Shown: positions 16,705 to 25,907 of the stretch, piece by piece
How the letters are laid out: the number at the start of each line of letters is the position of its first letter
How positions within the stretch are numbered: position 1 is the first letter of the stretch
IMG/VR virus record: IMGVR_UViG_3300042564_004805
Coordinates: 1-64,000 of that record
From: a virus
Lineage: Duplodnaviria > Heunggongvirae > Uroviricota > Caudoviricetes
Reading direction: 5' to 3' (one strand)
Length of the DNA: 64,000 nucleotides
Translations under genes and position numbers: made by a program
Notes under the pieces: generated by a model
What the model saw: the letters and a program-made list of their open reading frames with translations, nothing else
Told to the model about the DNA's origin: nothing
The model's database searches: none

Positions 16705-17141
16705 TAAATTTCCTTCTCTACTTTTTTCAATACTTTTTGCATATCTGGATTGACTAAGTTTGCAGCTTCTTGCCAGGTGACTACTTTAAATTGATCCAAT
16801 TCTTTGACATCACGACCTTTGGAGTCTTTAAACGTGCTCTTGCAGACTAGGGAAGTGGGGTCTGGCATTTGTTCGACCTTCCAAAGATACAGCACTAGAT
16901 CCTTTTTTGGCTTATATAGGAACACGCCCAGAGGCGTAAGGGCTGAGGTGTCTTCCACTACCAAACCAGTTTCTTCATTTAGTTCCCTCAGTGCAGCTTC
17001 AAGAAAGCTTTCTCCAGGGTTCATGCCTCCTTTAGGTAGGTCCCACCATTTACCACGTGTTACATGCCCAACAACCAACTTGTTCCCGTCAGTTATCACC
17101 ACACCACAACTTGTTGATTTACCCATTGTAAGATTCTCCAT
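16704..17141 (-). CDS. Nudix hydrolase
   Basis: Nudix box GGMNPGESFLEAALRELNEETGL; start uncertain (listed ORF begins at TTG; tandem -35 elements at 17172-17207). Confidence 0.75.
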   Translation of the reverse strand: MENLTMGKSTSCGVVITDGNKLVVGHVTRGKWWDLPKGGMNPGESFLEAALRELNEETGLVVEDTSALTPLGVFLYKPKKDLVLYLWKVEQMPDPTSLVCKSTFKDSKGRDVKELDQFKVVTWQEAANLVNPDMQKVLKKVEKEI

Positions 17142-17219
17142 ATCCTTCCAGTGTAGGACAGACGACATCTTTGTCAACAAGTTATTTGTGATTTTCCACA
17201 ACGTCAACTACTATGGATT

Positions 17220-17948
17220 ATGATTCCCACGATCTATTGCCTAACTTTTCGCAATCTCAGCAAAGCAGAACGCATGCGACACCGGTTTGAGCAAGTGGGG
17301 CTAGACATCTCTCTTGTGGAGAGTGTTGCTGCATCGCACCCCACACTGGCACCAGATAACTGGCAAAAAGAAAGGATCAAAAAAGAAAACAAATGGAGCG
17401 AGCTGGCTTGGAGTTGCATGGCTGGTCACATGAAGATTCTCAAAAAGTTTATCTATTCAGGTGACGAAATTTGTATAGTAGTGGAGGATGATGTTATGAT
17501 CCGCCGAGACTTTGCTGAAGAATTGCCTTGTGTGGTAGCCAATTTCCAGAAGCTTGATTTGGATATATTGATGCTGGGATACCTAAGGCCTGAAACCATC
17601 TCTAGAGTAGAGGCCACTATGCCAATTATCAGTCAGCCCTACACGTATCACAGCTTTGAATTCAATGTTTATGGTACTCAAATGTATATGATACGCCGAC
17701 GTCATGCTCAATGGGCTGTAGACACATTTGAGGACCCAGTTCACCAATGGAAAACTTTGATTGATCCTCATTATAGCATTTCAAACAATGCTGACTGGAC
17801 TATCACCAAAAGCGGCCGCAGGGCCCTTATCTACCCAATGTTAGCTGTAGAAGAGAAGGGTGGTGGCAAAGCTTATAGAGATGACACTCAAACTCAGTGG
17901 CATGATCTCTGTCACAATGCCAACTACAACCCTGATGTTCACATCTGA
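17220..17948 (+). CDS. glycosyltransferase family 25-like (LPS/LOS-type)
   Basis: IYCLTFRNLSKAERMRH...HMKILKK...ICIVVEDDVMIRRDF...LMLGY resembles Glyco_transf_25. Confidence 0.65.
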   Translation: MIPTIYCLTFRNLSKAERMRHRFEQVGLDISLVESVAASHPTLAPDNWQKERIKKENKWSELAWSCMAGHMKILKKFIYSGDEICIVVEDDVMIRRDFAEELPCVVANFQKLDLDILMLGYLRPETISRVEATMPIISQPYTYHSFEFNVYGTQMYMIRRRHAQWAVDTFEDPVHQWKTLIDPHYSISNNADWTITKSGRRALIYPMLAVEEKGGGKAYRDDTQTQWHDLCHNANYNPDVHI

Positions 17949-18543
17949 AACAGCGGCTCCACCAAGAGACTGTCACATTTGATACCGCTTATAACGCTCG
18001 TGGAGAGATACTCAGCACAGGCGTTGGCTTCCTCTTTTGTGAGGAATCTCATGGCTTCCACCTGGTGATTACTCCAAAAACCCTGTGCTGTATCAGCAGG
18101 ATACAAACCTGATGGATGCTGCAAGATCCAATAGCCCATAGTATTCCGCTGATACAGCACTTTTCGTTCAGAACTCATCGTGAACCATTTCATCAGCTTC
18201 CAGTTGAGAAGCCTCAGCATCTGCGTCAGGCTCAGTTGAGCTTTTCAATGTAATGCGGCTGCCCTGGCTGGTAACAGCAAAGTAGCACCGAGTGGCAGGG
18301 TCCCAGTCTAGATACAAAACTCGCATGTGCAGTTTTCCTATTCTTTCATCAAAGCTTGATGAACAGCTTCGCTCTTGGCTAGTTCTTGGAGTGCCACCCA
18401 TTGGTCCTGAGAGATCAGTTCCAACCCCACAGCTCGCATTGCTGCATGACGGAAACTCACATCAAAATGCTTGCTCAGCTCACTCAGCACCATTGTGATA
18501 TGGTTGAGGGTGTTTTCATCGCAGCCCGCTTGCAGAGAGTGGC

Positions 18544-18924
18544 TCATGCAGCCACCACTTTACGGGGTCGACCACGCTTGCGAGGCGCCACACTGTCTTG
18601 GGACAGTGTTGGCTTGGCAGCCTTGGGCTCCTTCTTGCTCATAACCCGGGTCATGCGAGCACGACGCGTGCGTCGAGGAATACTCTCGCGAGGCACCAGC
18701 ATATCAGGCATTTCAAGCTTGCCCATCATCACAGCCGCAGCAGACTTCACCACCAGTTGGTCCTCTACAGGAAACTCGCGCAGTTGCGGCGCAAAAATTC
18801 TGTCCAGCTCAGTAAGTGCTTGTCCTACTCGTGCCCACTTGTTGAAGGTCACATCGCACTTAAAATTACTAGCACTCTGCATCATAAACTGACCCAGCTT
18901 AACTAGTGCTCGCTTGTTGCTCAT
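18544..18924 (-). CDS. hypothetical protein with C-terminal AT-hook (RKRGRPRK)
   Basis: AAGGAAAGAGGA Shine-Dalgarno site and a strong promoter upstream; AT-hook motif at the C-terminus. Confidence 0.5.
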   Translation of the reverse strand: MSNKRALVKLGQFMMQSASNFKCDVTFNKWARVGQALTELDRIFAPQLREFPVEDQLVVKSAAAVMMGKLEMPDMLVPRESIPRRTRRARMTRVMSKKEPKAAKPTLSQDSVAPRKRGRPRKVVAA

Positions 18925-18951
18925 CAACTTGTCCTCTTTCCTTGTGTGGTG

Positions 18952-18979
18952 AGTATAGCAGATTTAGGCAGGGTGTCAA
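18952..18979 (-). promoter_or_regulatory. sigma70-like promoter (TTGACA-16-TATACT)
   Basis: plus-strand tgtcaa at 18974-18979 and agtata at 18952-18957; an adjacent inverted plus-strand ttgaca (18988-18993) lies in a 9-bp stem hairpin, 18983-19004. Confidence 0.55.
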
Positions 18980-19101
18980 CCCTTGTTTGACAGCAAACAA
19001 GGCTTTATGCACGATGGAAACAGCTGATCACTATCACGTCTTTGAATGGCAACAGGGAGCAAAAGCGTGCCATGCTCTGACACTTTGCCGGCTTGCATCC
19101 C

Positions 19102-19332
19102 TCAACACCATGTGAGCTTGAACAAGAGCATGTCTTCTTCCCTCTCAAACCAAATGTTACCAGCTCGTGTCCAATAATACCGTTCCCCAGGTGCTGCGTC
19201 AAGCCAACTAAACATCTTGTCTCCGTTAACGGCGGAGAAATTCACTTGGCAGAGATGCCATTGGTCCAGCATGCTGTAGTCACGTCTCTGGTTGTGACCT
19301 TTGGCGAGATAGTCGTTGTCGATATCGTGCAC
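19102..19332 (-). CDS. small W/C-rich protein, family 1 (...WFEREEDMLLFKLTWC)
   Basis: first of four tandem paralogs with a conserved C-terminus. Confidence 0.6.
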   Translation of the reverse strand: MHDIDNDYLAKGHNQRRDYSMLDQWHLCQVNFSAVNGDKMFSWLDAAPGERYYWTRAGNIWFEREEDMLLFKLTWC

Positions 19333-19335
19333 GGG

Positions 19336-19557
19336 CTATGACCACGTGAGCGTGAACAAGATCATGTCTTCTTCTCTCTCAAACCATACTCGAGTTCCGC
19401 CCTCCCAAAAGCGGCCACCATCTGTTGTTTTGAGCCACTGGAGGATGGTATGTCGATCAGGCCCAACAAATTGGCGAATAGAACAGCTATGCCATTCCTG
19501 GATTTTAGTGTGGTTAGTGTGGTAGTCGCTGGGGTATTGTTGATCAATATCGATCAT
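19336..19557 (-). CDS. small W/C-rich protein, family 1 (...WFEREEDMILFTLTWS)
   Basis: tandem paralog. Confidence 0.6.
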   Translation of the reverse strand: MIDIDQQYPSDYHTNHTKIQEWHSCSIRQFVGPDRHTILQWLKTTDGGRFWEGGTRVWFEREEDMILFTLTWS

Positions 19558-19573
19558 TTATTCTTCCTACCAA

Positions 19574-19783
19574 TCAACACCATGTGAGCTGGAACAGGAT
19601 CATGTCTTCTTCTCGTTCAAAATAAATGGAGATGACACCAACCCAATAGCGTCCGCCATCTGTAGTGTTGAGCCAGTTGTAAACGGATTTTTGATCAGGC
19701 AACGGACTGCTCAGTCGACAACTGTGCCAGCCTTTGAGGATATCAAACCCAAGGTTGATTAGTTCTCTTTCAACGTCTGTCAT
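19574..19783 (-). CDS. small W/C-rich protein, family 1 (...YFEREEDMILFQLTWC)
   Basis: tandem paralog; shares W.NTTDGGRYW with its neighbour. Confidence 0.6.
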   Translation of the reverse strand: MTDVERELINLGFDILKGWHSCRLSSPLPDQKSVYNWLNTTDGGRYWVGVISIYFEREEDMILFQLTWC

Positions 19784-19789
19784 GTTGCC

Positions 19790-20047
19790 CTAGCACCAAG
19801 TGAGAGAGAACAGCACCATGTCATCTTCATGCCGGAACCAAATCCACATCTCCTGCTCTCCAGCAGTGCTTGTTTCAATCTGACATGCCCACAATGCGTC
19901 TTTGTGGAGTCTACTTGGTGAGCCCCAACGCTGTTTAGTCCAGCTGCAAATTTCCGTGTAGTGCGAAAAATTACTCACGTTGACGACTCGCACAAAGTAG
20001 GGAAATTGCCGGCGGTTCACCGCAGTATCTGGAGTGAGCTTCCTCAC
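19790..20047 (-). CDS. small W/C-rich protein, family 1 (...WFRHEDDMVLFSLTWC)
   Basis: tandem paralog. Confidence 0.6.
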   Translation of the reverse strand: MRKLTPDTAVNRRQFPYFVRVVNVSNFSHYTEICSWTKQRWGSPSRLHKDALWACQIETSTAGEQEMWIWFRHEDDMVLFSLTWC

Positions 20048-20050
20048 CGG

Positions 20051-20584
20051 TTATCCCCGAAGGACGTTCGCCAAACGCTGCCAAAATCCAGGCTTTTTGG
20101 GGATGGTTTCACCAGCTACATCTGGACCTGTAGGCCTCGTGTTGTTCTTGTTCTTGCTGTTCATCTCCGCTAAATAATCGTCCACTCGACCATTCCACCA
20201 TGCCAAACCACTTGCACTACCGTGCACCTTCACGCGCATGTCCAAGCCGCTGTTCAAGGTTTTGTCTCGGCATCGCAGGTGCAAGATCTCAATCTTCAAG
20301 CCACCACTCTGGGCGTCCTTCCAGATGGTTTCCATGAAGCTGTGCTGCCAACGAGCAGAGATCTTGAGACTGACTTCCATGCTGTGGCTGTAGTTGGGTT
20401 CCCGATACACCACACGTTCACGCACCACCTCCCGCACCTGTGGCTGCGAGGCAGCACCCAACAGCTTGTCCAAGCTGCTGGCCCCAACCATGCGACGTGC
20501 TGCACGGAAAGCCGAGTCCCACTCGCCCTCCATGGTGCTGGGATGCAGCGCTCGTTCCAGTATCTTGCGAAACTTGTCATCCAT
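20051..20584 (-). CDS. hypothetical protein
   Basis: 177-aa ORF. Confidence 0.45.
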   Translation of the reverse strand: MDDKFRKILERALHPSTMEGEWDSAFRAARRMVGASSLDKLLGAASQPQVREVVRERVVYREPNYSHSMEVSLKISARWQHSFMETIWKDAQSGGLKIEILHLRCRDKTLNSGLDMRVKVHGSASGLAWWNGRVDDYLAEMNSKNKNNTRPTGPDVAGETIPKKPGFWQRLANVLRG

Positions 20585-20587
20585 GGC

Positions 20588-20797
20588 TCAACTCAACATG
20601 ACTAGAGTGAATAGACAAAACAGGCCCGCTGCCAACGGCAACCACTCAACCACTGCCCAAAAGGCCAAGAAGCTGAAAAACCCACATAGCAGAGCCAAGC
20701 TTGCTGACGCTTTGAACCCCTGCCTCATGGTCCACAGAAGGTAGCCTGTGTACCAAAAGCCAGCTGCAATCACCAGCATGGCAACGTCAAGGATCAT
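20588..20797 (-). CDS. small membrane protein (2 TM)
   Basis: hydrophobic 69-aa ORF. Confidence 0.4.
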   Translation of the reverse strand: MILDVAMLVIAAGFWYTGYLLWTMRQGFKASASLALLCGFFSFLAFWAVVEWLPLAAGLFCLFTLVMLS

Positions 20798-21138
20798 GGC
20801 ACGTCGTAAGTGATGCTGAACTGACCGGTGAGGCTCGTCAGCATCACGTTGGCACGATTGACTCCAAAATCAATCTCCAGTTGGCGATACAGTCGGCTCG
20901 CTGCCACACATGTGCTGGTGATGATGGCTGTGATGAACTCCTCATCAAGTAGTGCAGCATCACTTACATTGATCTGCATGCTAGCGGAGATTTCGGCGGC
21001 TAGATCGCCTGGGAAATGGTGCTGGCTCACCAGCTGGTGATACACTCGTTTCATCACCTGGTAATTAGCTACTGTGCTGAAGTCCACAGTGCGCAAAAGT
21101 TCGGTTTGCTCCATCATACGCTTACGGAGGTAACTCAT
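20794..21138 (-). CDS. hypothetical protein
   Basis: AAAGGAG Shine-Dalgarno site and a promoter upstream. Confidence 0.5.
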   Translation of the reverse strand: MSYLRKRMMEQTELLRTVDFSTVANYQVMKRVYHQLVSQHHFPGDLAAEISASMQINVSDAALLDEEFITAIITSTCVAASRLYRQLEIDFGVNRANVMLTSLTGQFSITYDVP

Positions 21139-21162
21139 GTGTGGCTCCTTTTTTGTGTAGGG

Positions 21163-21190
21163 AATATAGCACGGTTGACGATCTTGTCAA
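21163..21190 (-). promoter_or_regulatory. sigma70-like promoter (TTGACA-16-TATATT) with inverted partner GTTGACG
   Basis: plus-strand tgtcaa at 21185-21190, aatata at 21163-21168, and ttgacg at 21175-21180. Confidence 0.5.
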
Positions 21191-21198
21191 CCTAGACC

Positions 21199-22086
21199 TT
21201 ATCGATATCTATCCAGCACAGTTTGCAGCTCATTTACCAGTTGATCAACACCAGTTTCTCGCTTGACACCGGTGGTGAGAGGGCCATAGTGCATTGACAA
21301 ACAGTCAAGAAGTAGATGTTTGATCCTCTTCTCATCTGGCTTATCTCGCAACGTGCTGTTGGCATGTAGTGTCTCTAGAGATTTTTCCTTGACATCAAAC
21401 CAACTGTCCAGCTGCTCTAGTGTCCACTCACCTCGCCGAATGCTCTTGAGCACCTCGCTGTTGCGCTCAATGTCAAGGTCATGCTCTACCAGGATCTGCT
21501 CGCATTGCAGCATGAGCCTCACTACATGCACTCCAAACTTCAGATCCCATCCGTGTTCAGCAATAGTGGCAGCTCTTTTGGGATTGCTGCTGTTGGTTTT
21601 GTTGCGAATTTTTGAAATTTGTGAAAATGCGTATCCCCGAAGTTTTCCCATAGCTCCTTTGTGGAGGAACTCTTTCCTATGCTCTCTCACATGCTCTGCG
21701 ATTTTGGTGCTGTGGAGAATGCAGCGGCGGGGAAGAAAGAGAACGTCCAAAACATTTGGATTATTTTCCATCGCCAGTTGCATAAAATCAACGATATTAT
21801 AAATAGAAAAGTCCAACTCTTTCCGTTGATCCGGCAGCTGAATGTGATGCTCGCTCCACACTCGAAACCGCTGTTCCTGTGTGCCAAAGCCATACACCCT
21901 GCCGCCGTCGGTGAAGGGGAACACAATCTCACGGGGCGGGATGCAGAAGCCAAAGCAGTCCATGTCACTCGTGTCGTTGCTGACACCATAGGCAGCACTA
22001 CCAGCATAGCCCAGAAATTGAGTGTTGTCGGGCAACCACTTGGGCGGGTGTATGAGTTTTCGGTCAACTAATGTGTGCAGCAGCAT
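21199..22086 (-). CDS. predicted nucleotidyltransferase (Pol-beta-like fold)
   Basis: GYAGSAAYGVSNDTSDMDCFGF matches the GS...D.D nucleotidyltransferase signature. Confidence 0.5.
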   Translation of the reverse strand: MLLHTLVDRKLIHPPKWLPDNTQFLGYAGSAAYGVSNDTSDMDCFGFCIPPREIVFPFTDGGRVYGFGTQEQRFRVWSEHHIQLPDQRKELDFSIYNIVDFMQLAMENNPNVLDVLFLPRRCILHSTKIAEHVREHRKEFLHKGAMGKLRGYAFSQISKIRNKTNSSNPKRAATIAEHGWDLKFGVHVVRLMLQCEQILVEHDLDIERNSEVLKSIRRGEWTLEQLDSWFDVKEKSLETLHANSTLRDKPDEKRIKHLLLDCLSMHYGPLTTGVKRETGVDQLVNELQTVLDRYR

Positions 22087-22098
22087 CCCAGTCTCCTG

Positions 22099-22284
22099 TC
22101 AAACAGTTTGCATGGTTTTGATGGCAGCTTCCAACTGAATCAACAGAGTTTGATGATCCTCATGGCAAGGGCATCGTCCTAGTGTCCTGTGAAGGCATAC
22201 ACATTCTCCATGCCAATCCTCTGAATCAATTCTCGCTCGTGCTGCCTCGAGTGCAGCTAAAACTTGTTGCTTATGGTCAAACAT
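22099..22284 (-). CDS. hypothetical small Cys/His-rich protein
   Basis: ORF only. Confidence 0.35.
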   Translation of the reverse strand: MFDHKQQVLAALEAARARIDSEDWHGECVCLHRTLGRCPCHEDHQTLLIQLEAAIKTMQTV

Positions 22285-22344
22285 GTGAAATGTTCCTGTT
22301 ACTGTTACTGTTACTACAGTAACAAAGTTTACACTAGAGTCAAC

Positions 22345-22944
22345 CTAAAATTTGATGTTTGGGTCTCGGGCTCGAAGGATGCTTTTGATTTTCTGAGCTG
22401 TTGATTTGGCCCACATTCCGCGCCTTACCTGTAAATCAATCACTCTCGGATCAGCTAAAAGTAGCTCGCGCGGAGCGTATGCATGAATGTCTATTATTTT
22501 GAAACATTTGGGGTTGAGTGCAATATAGCTTTTGCTGCGTGGACTTTCAATTCGGTTGTAGTACCAAAGATAGTCAATGCCTAGGCTTTTGAACATATCA
22601 GGAAGCTTTTCTGCCAGCTCATGATAAGGAGCATCTTTTGATATGTTGGTTTGTATTTCCGTTGGCATGCGATCCCAGTTGTAGGCAATGTGATCCCAGG
22701 GATCACCATAATCAGGATCGTCCTTGATTCTAATGCCTCGCTCACAGGCATCTATGTTGACTTGATACATGTAGGTTTTTGGGCCCAGATCGGCCATGAG
22801 CATGTCGGTATAAAAATCTTTTTGCAACGCACGTTCAACAGCAGCAGCCCAGGTTCCAAGATGTGTTAAAAACCTAAACTCTTGAATATCAGGAACATGG
22901 CTGCTGTGCCAAACTATGCGTTGTGTGATCTCATTTATCTTCAT
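22345..22944 (-). CDS. hypothetical protein
   Basis: 199-aa ORF. Confidence 0.45.
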   Translation of the reverse strand: MKINEITQRIVWHSSHVPDIQEFRFLTHLGTWAAAVERALQKDFYTDMLMADLGPKTYMYQVNIDACERGIRIKDDPDYGDPWDHIAYNWDRMPTEIQTNISKDAPYHELAEKLPDMFKSLGIDYLWYYNRIESPRSKSYIALNPKCFKIIDIHAYAPRELLLADPRVIDLQVRRGMWAKSTAQKIKSILRARDPNIKF

Positions 22945-22956
22945 GAGATATTTAAG

Positions 22957-23253
22957 CTATTCCTCAGTCAATGCTCGATAGGTTTTGGCACTCCTGCTAC
23001 CTTTGAGCACAACGCTGTTTTTGTTGATTTTGAACTTGCTTTTTGTGACGTCTACAATCACCATCCAGATTACGGCCGGCCATACGAACAAGCATACCAT
23101 CATTGCCCCAACGAGATCAAAGAGATCGCATAGCAGTACATCATCGCCTTGCCGCCATTTTTCCCAAATTGAAACAGCTCCACCTATCACTCCAACTAAG
23201 AAACCTGTTCCAAAATACATTACTATCCAAAAAATAACTGCGTCCATGTTCAA
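22957..23253 (-). CDS. small membrane protein
   Basis: hydrophobic ORF. Confidence 0.4.
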   Translation of the reverse strand: MNMDAVIFWIVMYFGTGFLVGVIGGAVSIWEKWRQGDDVLLCDLFDLVGAMMVCLFVWPAVIWMVIVDVTKSKFKINKNSVVLKGSRSAKTYRALTEE

Positions 23254-23609
23254 GAATCCTCACTTGAGCTAAGCAATGCTCGCATTGTTTTGGCACTCCG
23301 GCTGCCTGGCAGCATAAGGGTTTGAGAGCCAACTGGCTCGTAAATGCTGTTGGGTTGATATTGGCCCAACAATTCCACACTGTCTGGTGGAAATTTCCAC
23401 AAGATAAGCGCCAACAATACCAACCCAAGTCCGGTGGCGCCCATTGCAGAGAACAAAATCAACAGTTTGAAAAACTGTTCATATGTGAGATCGTTGCCCT
23501 TGCGCCACTCATACCAAATTATCAGGGGAAGCATGAGGCCCACACAAATGGCCATTATAGCCACTTGTGACCAAAAGAACACTGACAAAAATAAGGCCAC
23601 TATATTCAA
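23250..23609 (-). CDS. small membrane protein (TTG start)
   Basis: hydrophobic ORF; AAAGGA site 6 nt before the TTG; promoter-like TTGACT..TATATT at 23636-23662. Confidence 0.4.
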   Translation of the reverse strand: MNIVALFLSVFFWSQVAIMAICVGLMLPLIIWYEWRKGNDLTYEQFFKLLILFSAMGATGLGLVLLALILWKFPPDSVELLGQYQPNSIYEPVGSQTLMLPGSRSAKTMRALLSSSEDS

Positions 23610-23967
23610 TTGGAGTCCTTTCTCATTGACTCAACAATATAACACTCTCCTACCAAGTCAACAGAAAAGTTGGTGATTTTGATAGCATGAATGCGCCTTG
23701 GAGCTTAACATATGAGCAACAGCAGTATTGATATGGCGGTAAATGGCATCCGCTGGCGGAAGGGACAGGTGACCTGTCAGGAACGCAAACAAGTCGGTGG
23801 AACTCTGCCCACCGGACCGGGAAGCACCGCTGTCTGTTATGCAAAGAAACTCTCCAGCGCGAACCCGGAATAACAAGCCCAGTCACAGAATAGGCTCAAA
23901 TCATCTTCGCAGTGTGAGGCACTGTGTTCAAATGGATCGCTCTGTCTGTGCATTGACAACGATCAGG

Positions 23968-24004
23968 AAAACTGGAGGTTGATTGGGTCTCCTCCAGTTT
24001 TTTG
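23968..24004. terminator. rho-independent terminator (CTGGAGG stem, T7 run)
   Basis: ggaaaaCTGGAGGttgattgggtctCCTCCAGttttttg at the edge of an ORF-poor, GC-richer stretch. Confidence 0.6.
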
Positions 24005-24203
24005 CCGCTACTGAACAATTTTTGTTCGAGATAGGATGTGGATCCCCAAGGATCAAGAAGTACCGAGTAACCACTTCTGTAGACATACAGCATCAAAACC
24101 CAGTCTCTGCGTACTGCCGGGAAAGCTTTTATCTCCCTGACTTGCTCAGGGAGAGTATGTTCTCTGAGCCAACCAGGAAATACCCAATTGTATAATCAGG
24201 TGT

Positions 24204-24575
24204 TTATAGTATATCTACAAACTCTATTCGATTCCTGAATGCACTGTTGAAATAGAGTGCATCATCAAAATAGATTGCCAATATAAAACTCACATTGGGA
24301 TAGATCCCTCTGTAATACAAACTCAAGTGTTCCTCATTACTGTTCAACATCAGCCAGGTGTAGAGATCAGGCCAATGTGTCTGGAAAAACCGCATTCTCT
24401 CAGTTTCATCTTTAGTAACTTGTGTTGTTTCATTCTCATCAAGATCATCAGAGAGAGTATAGAAAAAACCATTGGCAAAACGCCGAGTGGCACGAATGGG
24501 ATCAAGCTGCCTCATCATCTTCTCCCCAAGCAGCTTGAAATCTCTCAAAGGCCCTTTCTCCCAACAGCAGCTCAA
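24204..24575 (-). CDS. small protein, family 2 (HWPDLYTW motif)
   Basis: one of three tandem paralogs sharing FP[DE]L[YW][TC]W..LN. Confidence 0.45.
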   Translation of the reverse strand: MSCCWEKGPLRDFKLLGEKMMRQLDPIRATRRFANGFFYTLSDDLDENETTQVTKDETERMRFFQTHWPDLYTWLMLNSNEEHLSLYYRGIYPNVSFILAIYFDDALYFNSAFRNRIEFVDIL

Positions 24576-24834
24576 ATTGCCAATTGGTGCTTGTGTCCCA
24601 GGCAGTCACTAAGTCCCACTCTTCACCATCTAAATTCAAGATACACCAGGTATAGAGATCAGGGAAATTTTCTTGAAACAACAGAAGTCTTGAGTGTGCG
24701 TTCCTTGTAGCCAGGACTTTTTCATGTTTGGTGAGATTGTTAGCCAATGGATACACAAACACACCATCTCCTCGACTATAAGGGGGGTTGTAGTCAAACG
24801 GTGTCAAGGATCTGATCCTCCCAGGCAGCTTCAA
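24502..24834 (-). CDS. small protein, family 2 (NFPDLYTWCILN)
   Basis: tandem paralog. Confidence 0.45.
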   Translation of the reverse strand: MKLPGRIRSLTPFDYNPPYSRGDGVFVYPLANNLTKHEKVLATRNAHSRLLLFQENFPDLYTWCILNLDGEEWDLVTAWDTSTNWQFELLLGERAFERFQAAWGEDDEAA

Positions 24835-25096
24835 ACAGAGGTCTCACATTATAGACCAGCAACAAATCAAGGGTTTCAAAAGGTATCTTGTAGCCTATAT
24901 CCCACTCATAATGCGGCACATTCAACTCTAGCCAACACCAAAGTTCAGGAAAATAGTGTTGTAGCCACCCTTTGCGACCACCATACTGGTGGAAAATGTT
25001 CTCCAAATGATGGTTGAGGAAATTGTCGGCTAATGGGTAGCGCCAGTGCCCACCAGCATCAATGCACTGCCATCGGTCAAGCTTTCTCATCATCAC
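24794..25096 (-). CDS. small protein, family 2 (YFPELWCWLELN)
   Basis: tandem paralog. Confidence 0.45.
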   Translation of the reverse strand: MMMRKLDRWQCIDAGGHWRYPLADNFLNHHLENIFHQYGGRKGWLQHYFPELWCWLELNVPHYEWDIGYKIPFETLDLLLVYNVRPLFEAAWEDQILDTV

Positions 25097-25655
25097 TTCC
25101 CATCAAATCCTTCAGCATGAGTTTGAAGGTCTCAGCCTGCTCGAGCGAATCTGCAAGAGCGTTGTGAGTGTGCGGCAACTTGCTAAACCAATGTCGTGGC
25201 CAATTCCTTTTCACACTCTCACGGTAAGGCAGCCGCAGCATGCACATGGCCATGGTCTTCATGTCTAACACACTGAAACTGAACACACTTTTCCCTGTGA
25301 AACGCATGAGATAGTAATACACCCAAGTGAAGTCAAATCCACTGGGCATGCACACTGCCACTGGACTACCAGGAAAACTTGCCACCCACTGACTGAAATG
25401 GGGCATAGCCTCCTCTGGGCTTTGACACCACACTCGCGTCTCATCATAATATTTTTGATGTTGTGCCCAGAAATCCATTGTTTTGGGGTCTGGTTTGGCC
25501 TCAGGCAACAGATTCAAGTTCACATAGTAGGTGTCAAGATTGTTGCCCTGTTCATCAAAAGCCACACAACCCAAGCTCAACATACTATTGAGTCCTGGAC
25601 AGGGTCCATCGGTTTCGATGTCTATGGAAAAATAAGCTGTTGTTTTCTTGCTCAT
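25077..25655 (-). CDS. DEDDh 3'-5' exonuclease (DnaQ-like)
   Basis: Exo I FSIDIETDG, Exo III H..NALADS. Confidence 0.75.
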   Translation of the reverse strand: MSKKTTAYFSIDIETDGPCPGLNSMLSLGCVAFDEQGNNLDTYYVNLNLLPEAKPDPKTMDFWAQHQKYYDETRVWCQSPEEAMPHFSQWVASFPGSPVAVCMPSGFDFTWVYYYLMRFTGKSVFSFSVLDMKTMAMCMLRLPYRESVKRNWPRHWFSKLPHTHNALADSLEQAETFKLMLKDLMGSDDEKA

Positions 25656-25907
25656 GGGGCCAAAATAACATGCCAGCCACTTGTGTCAAGGAGGAATTGG
25701 TAAATTCCCAATGTATTTGGTCACCAACTGAGTTAAACTCTATGGTGACGTCAATGTCATAAATTGTTTCCTGTTTGCGGAAACCTACATTTTCATATGT
25801 GTTTGTGATTTGAGTTTCCAGTACTGCTATTCTTAGCAGTGTCATGGAACAGTCTCGTGGAAATTTGAGACAAACAGTGAGGGGTTGGGTCACACCCCTA
25901 TTTAAGC

